NCBI RefSeq assembly: GCF_000143415.4
Contig: NW_003314288.1
Coordinates: forward strand, 820,642-884,641
Direction of reading: 5' to 3'
DNA length: 64,000 nt
Origin: Selaginella moellendorffii
Taxonomy: Eukaryota > Plantae > Lycopodiophyta
Shown here: piece after piece, positions 62,189 to 64,000 of the stretch
How the letters are laid out: every line of letters begins with the position of its first letter
Position numbering within the stretch: position 1 is the stretch's first letter
Notes under the pieces: generated by a model
The model's database searches: none
The model's input: only the letters and a program-made list of their open reading frames with translations
What the model was told of the DNA's origin: nothing
Program-made: the position numbers and the translations under genes

Positions 62189-63082
62189 TCAATTCATCTC
62201 CCCGTGGTTTTTGCACGCAGTAACAAACGTTGCCCATGCAACTCCATCTGCTGGCAAAGGCATATTCTCCAGGACATCCTCGGCCTCTTTCAATCGCCCT
62301 AGTCGTCCGAGAGCATCAACAATGCAGGTGTAGTGGTCTTGCGAAGGATCCAATCCATTGTCAAAGCTCATTGCCGTGAAGTAGCTTACTGCTTCCTTGA
62401 CGAGCCCCAGATGGCTACACGCCGTCAAAACGATGGCAAACGCTGCCTTGTCGGGGTCAAAGCCGAAAAGTGCTGGAACGCAGAATACGCATGCCCGGTC
62501 TGGGCATATGCTGCAAGAATCGTGTTCCAGGAGACCAAGTTCCAAGTTCGCATCTCATCGAACGATTTCTTAGCATCACGAATATTTGCATCTAGAGCAT
62601 ATACCACTAGAATTGTGTTCCATGAATAGGAATCCCAGCAGCAAACCAAAGAAAACGCCCGGATCGCCTCTTTGAAACGACCTCTCTGGGCATAAACAGC
62701 GATTGTCGCGTTCCATGAAACAAGATCTCTGTGTGGCATTTCTTCAAACAATTGTTTTCCTTGATCAACATCACCTTTTTGGGCGTATGACTTGATCATA
62801 ATCTCCACAAAAGTACGCTGTGCTGAGGCATCCTATCAAACAAACTCTTGGCTTGAATCAAATCCCCATTTTGGGCATAGCAGCAGTGCATCGCCCCCCA
62901 GAGGATCGCGTTTCGGTGGACAATCTCCTGGAAGACATCCTCCGCCTCCTCCACGAATCCATTCTCCGCAAACATGACGAGCATCACCGCGCGAGTGATC
63001 GGGCATGGAATCAAACGCGGCCTTCGCATCGCCCACTCGCCCGCGCTGCGCGAAACCCTGCACGAGGATCGTCCACGCTACC
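62189..63082 (-). pseudogene. PPR gene 3' half with E domain, broken at ~63082
   Basis: AFAIVLTACSHLGLVKEA..DHYTCIVDALGRLGRLKEAEDVLENMP..AWATFVTACKNHG; paralog of 4540-5423. Confidence 0.9.
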
Positions 63083-63510
63083 TTGTTTCTAGTTACCACC
63101 CTGTCTAGGCAAGATCTTCTGCAGTTGAGCTCTGAAGAGGAGGTGCCAACTCAGGTTTCGTGGATATAAACCTGACACAAGCACTTTGAAGAGAAGAGCT
63201 TTGGATTGAATTCCTGGGTGTGGCACATTCTAAATAACTGAATTCCACTCTACTTTTGCCCGGACTTTGCACCCGCTGGAGTTTCTAAAGTTTCTACATA
63301 TGTCGTTGGTGATCAAGTGTTGGTGAGTTATCAGGTGTTGCGGATCCAAGGTTTTTGCTGCGTAGGTCCTTATCACATCGTCCAACAAGTTGGTCCACAA
63401 ATCTATGTGGGGCACTCAATGCACAACGTCAAGAGAAGATCCATGTGAAGCAATTAGCTCGATATTGTGTGTGAACAGATTGATGTAAGGAACCTACCAT
63501 ATATTCTATG
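63081..63510 (-). mobile_element. LINE-like fragment, copy of ~39408-39835
   Basis: Direct repeat of 39408-39835. Confidence 0.7.
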
Positions 63511-64000
63511 GTAGATATAGATAAACTCAACAAGATTAGAATACACTAACTTTTTAATATTAATAAATTAACAATTTTTAATGTGTATTTATGGAGCCCA
63601 CAAGAGTAGGAGTGAGGTGTTATCATATTATGAATCCCAGAAGATCAAGAGTGAGAGGTGTTAATCACATTATTTATATGCTCCATATGATCCTGAGGTT
63701 TAGGGGGCCCAGGTAAGTAAGAGGAAGGAAAAAAAAGAATTAATTAGAGTGAAAATGCGAGTTATTGTGAAATTAGAGTATAAATGTGAGTTAAGAGTTA
63801 ACACGAGCTAAGAGTAAAAACGTGATGTAGCAGCTTAAAAGAGGGAAGTAGGAATGCTCGGATGGAGTTCCACCAGGTAGAAAAGACAAGTCATACCTCA
63901 AGCCTCGGATTGCTCCCAACCCCCTGCCTCCACCGGTTGCCTACTTTAACCAAGCCCCGAACCACCCAGCAGTTCTGGCGCACAGGGATGACATCAGCCC

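Noticed and set aside
63511-64000. Possible start of another element or gene at the window end
   Set aside because: Too short; no recognisable motif

Overview
Eukaryotic, repeat-dominated plant DNA. Introns of about 50 bp, PLS-class PPR genes and the retroelement types suggest a non-seed plant, most likely the lycophyte Selaginella; this is inference. No complete host gene is present. Host sequence occurs only as duplicated fragments or pseudogenes: alpha-L-fucosidase (x2), PLS-E PPR (x2, one split in two), the SEC16 3' portion (x3) and a cyclophilin CYP26-2-like piece. These sit among nested transposons. One is a full-length young chromovirus (23315-28957, TSD GAGAC) whose primer-binding site is complementary to its own LTR (Tf1-like self-priming) and which carries a -1 frameshift signal. 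Others are an apparently intact hAT element (33397-35934, TSD GTGATAAG), a PIF/Harbinger element carrying a captured intron-containing cyclophilin fragment (56727-60468, TSD TTA), several decayed Ty3/gypsy elements, LINE-like and CACTA-like remnants, solo or partial LTRs and an 11/12-bp minisatellite. The window is built from inverted duplications. Two reciprocal junctions (12335/12336 and 63080-63083) define an apparent ~50.7-kb inversion that cut a PPR gene in half. There is a 100-N gap at 23853-23952. Coordinates for decayed elements are approximate and all alignments were done by eye.
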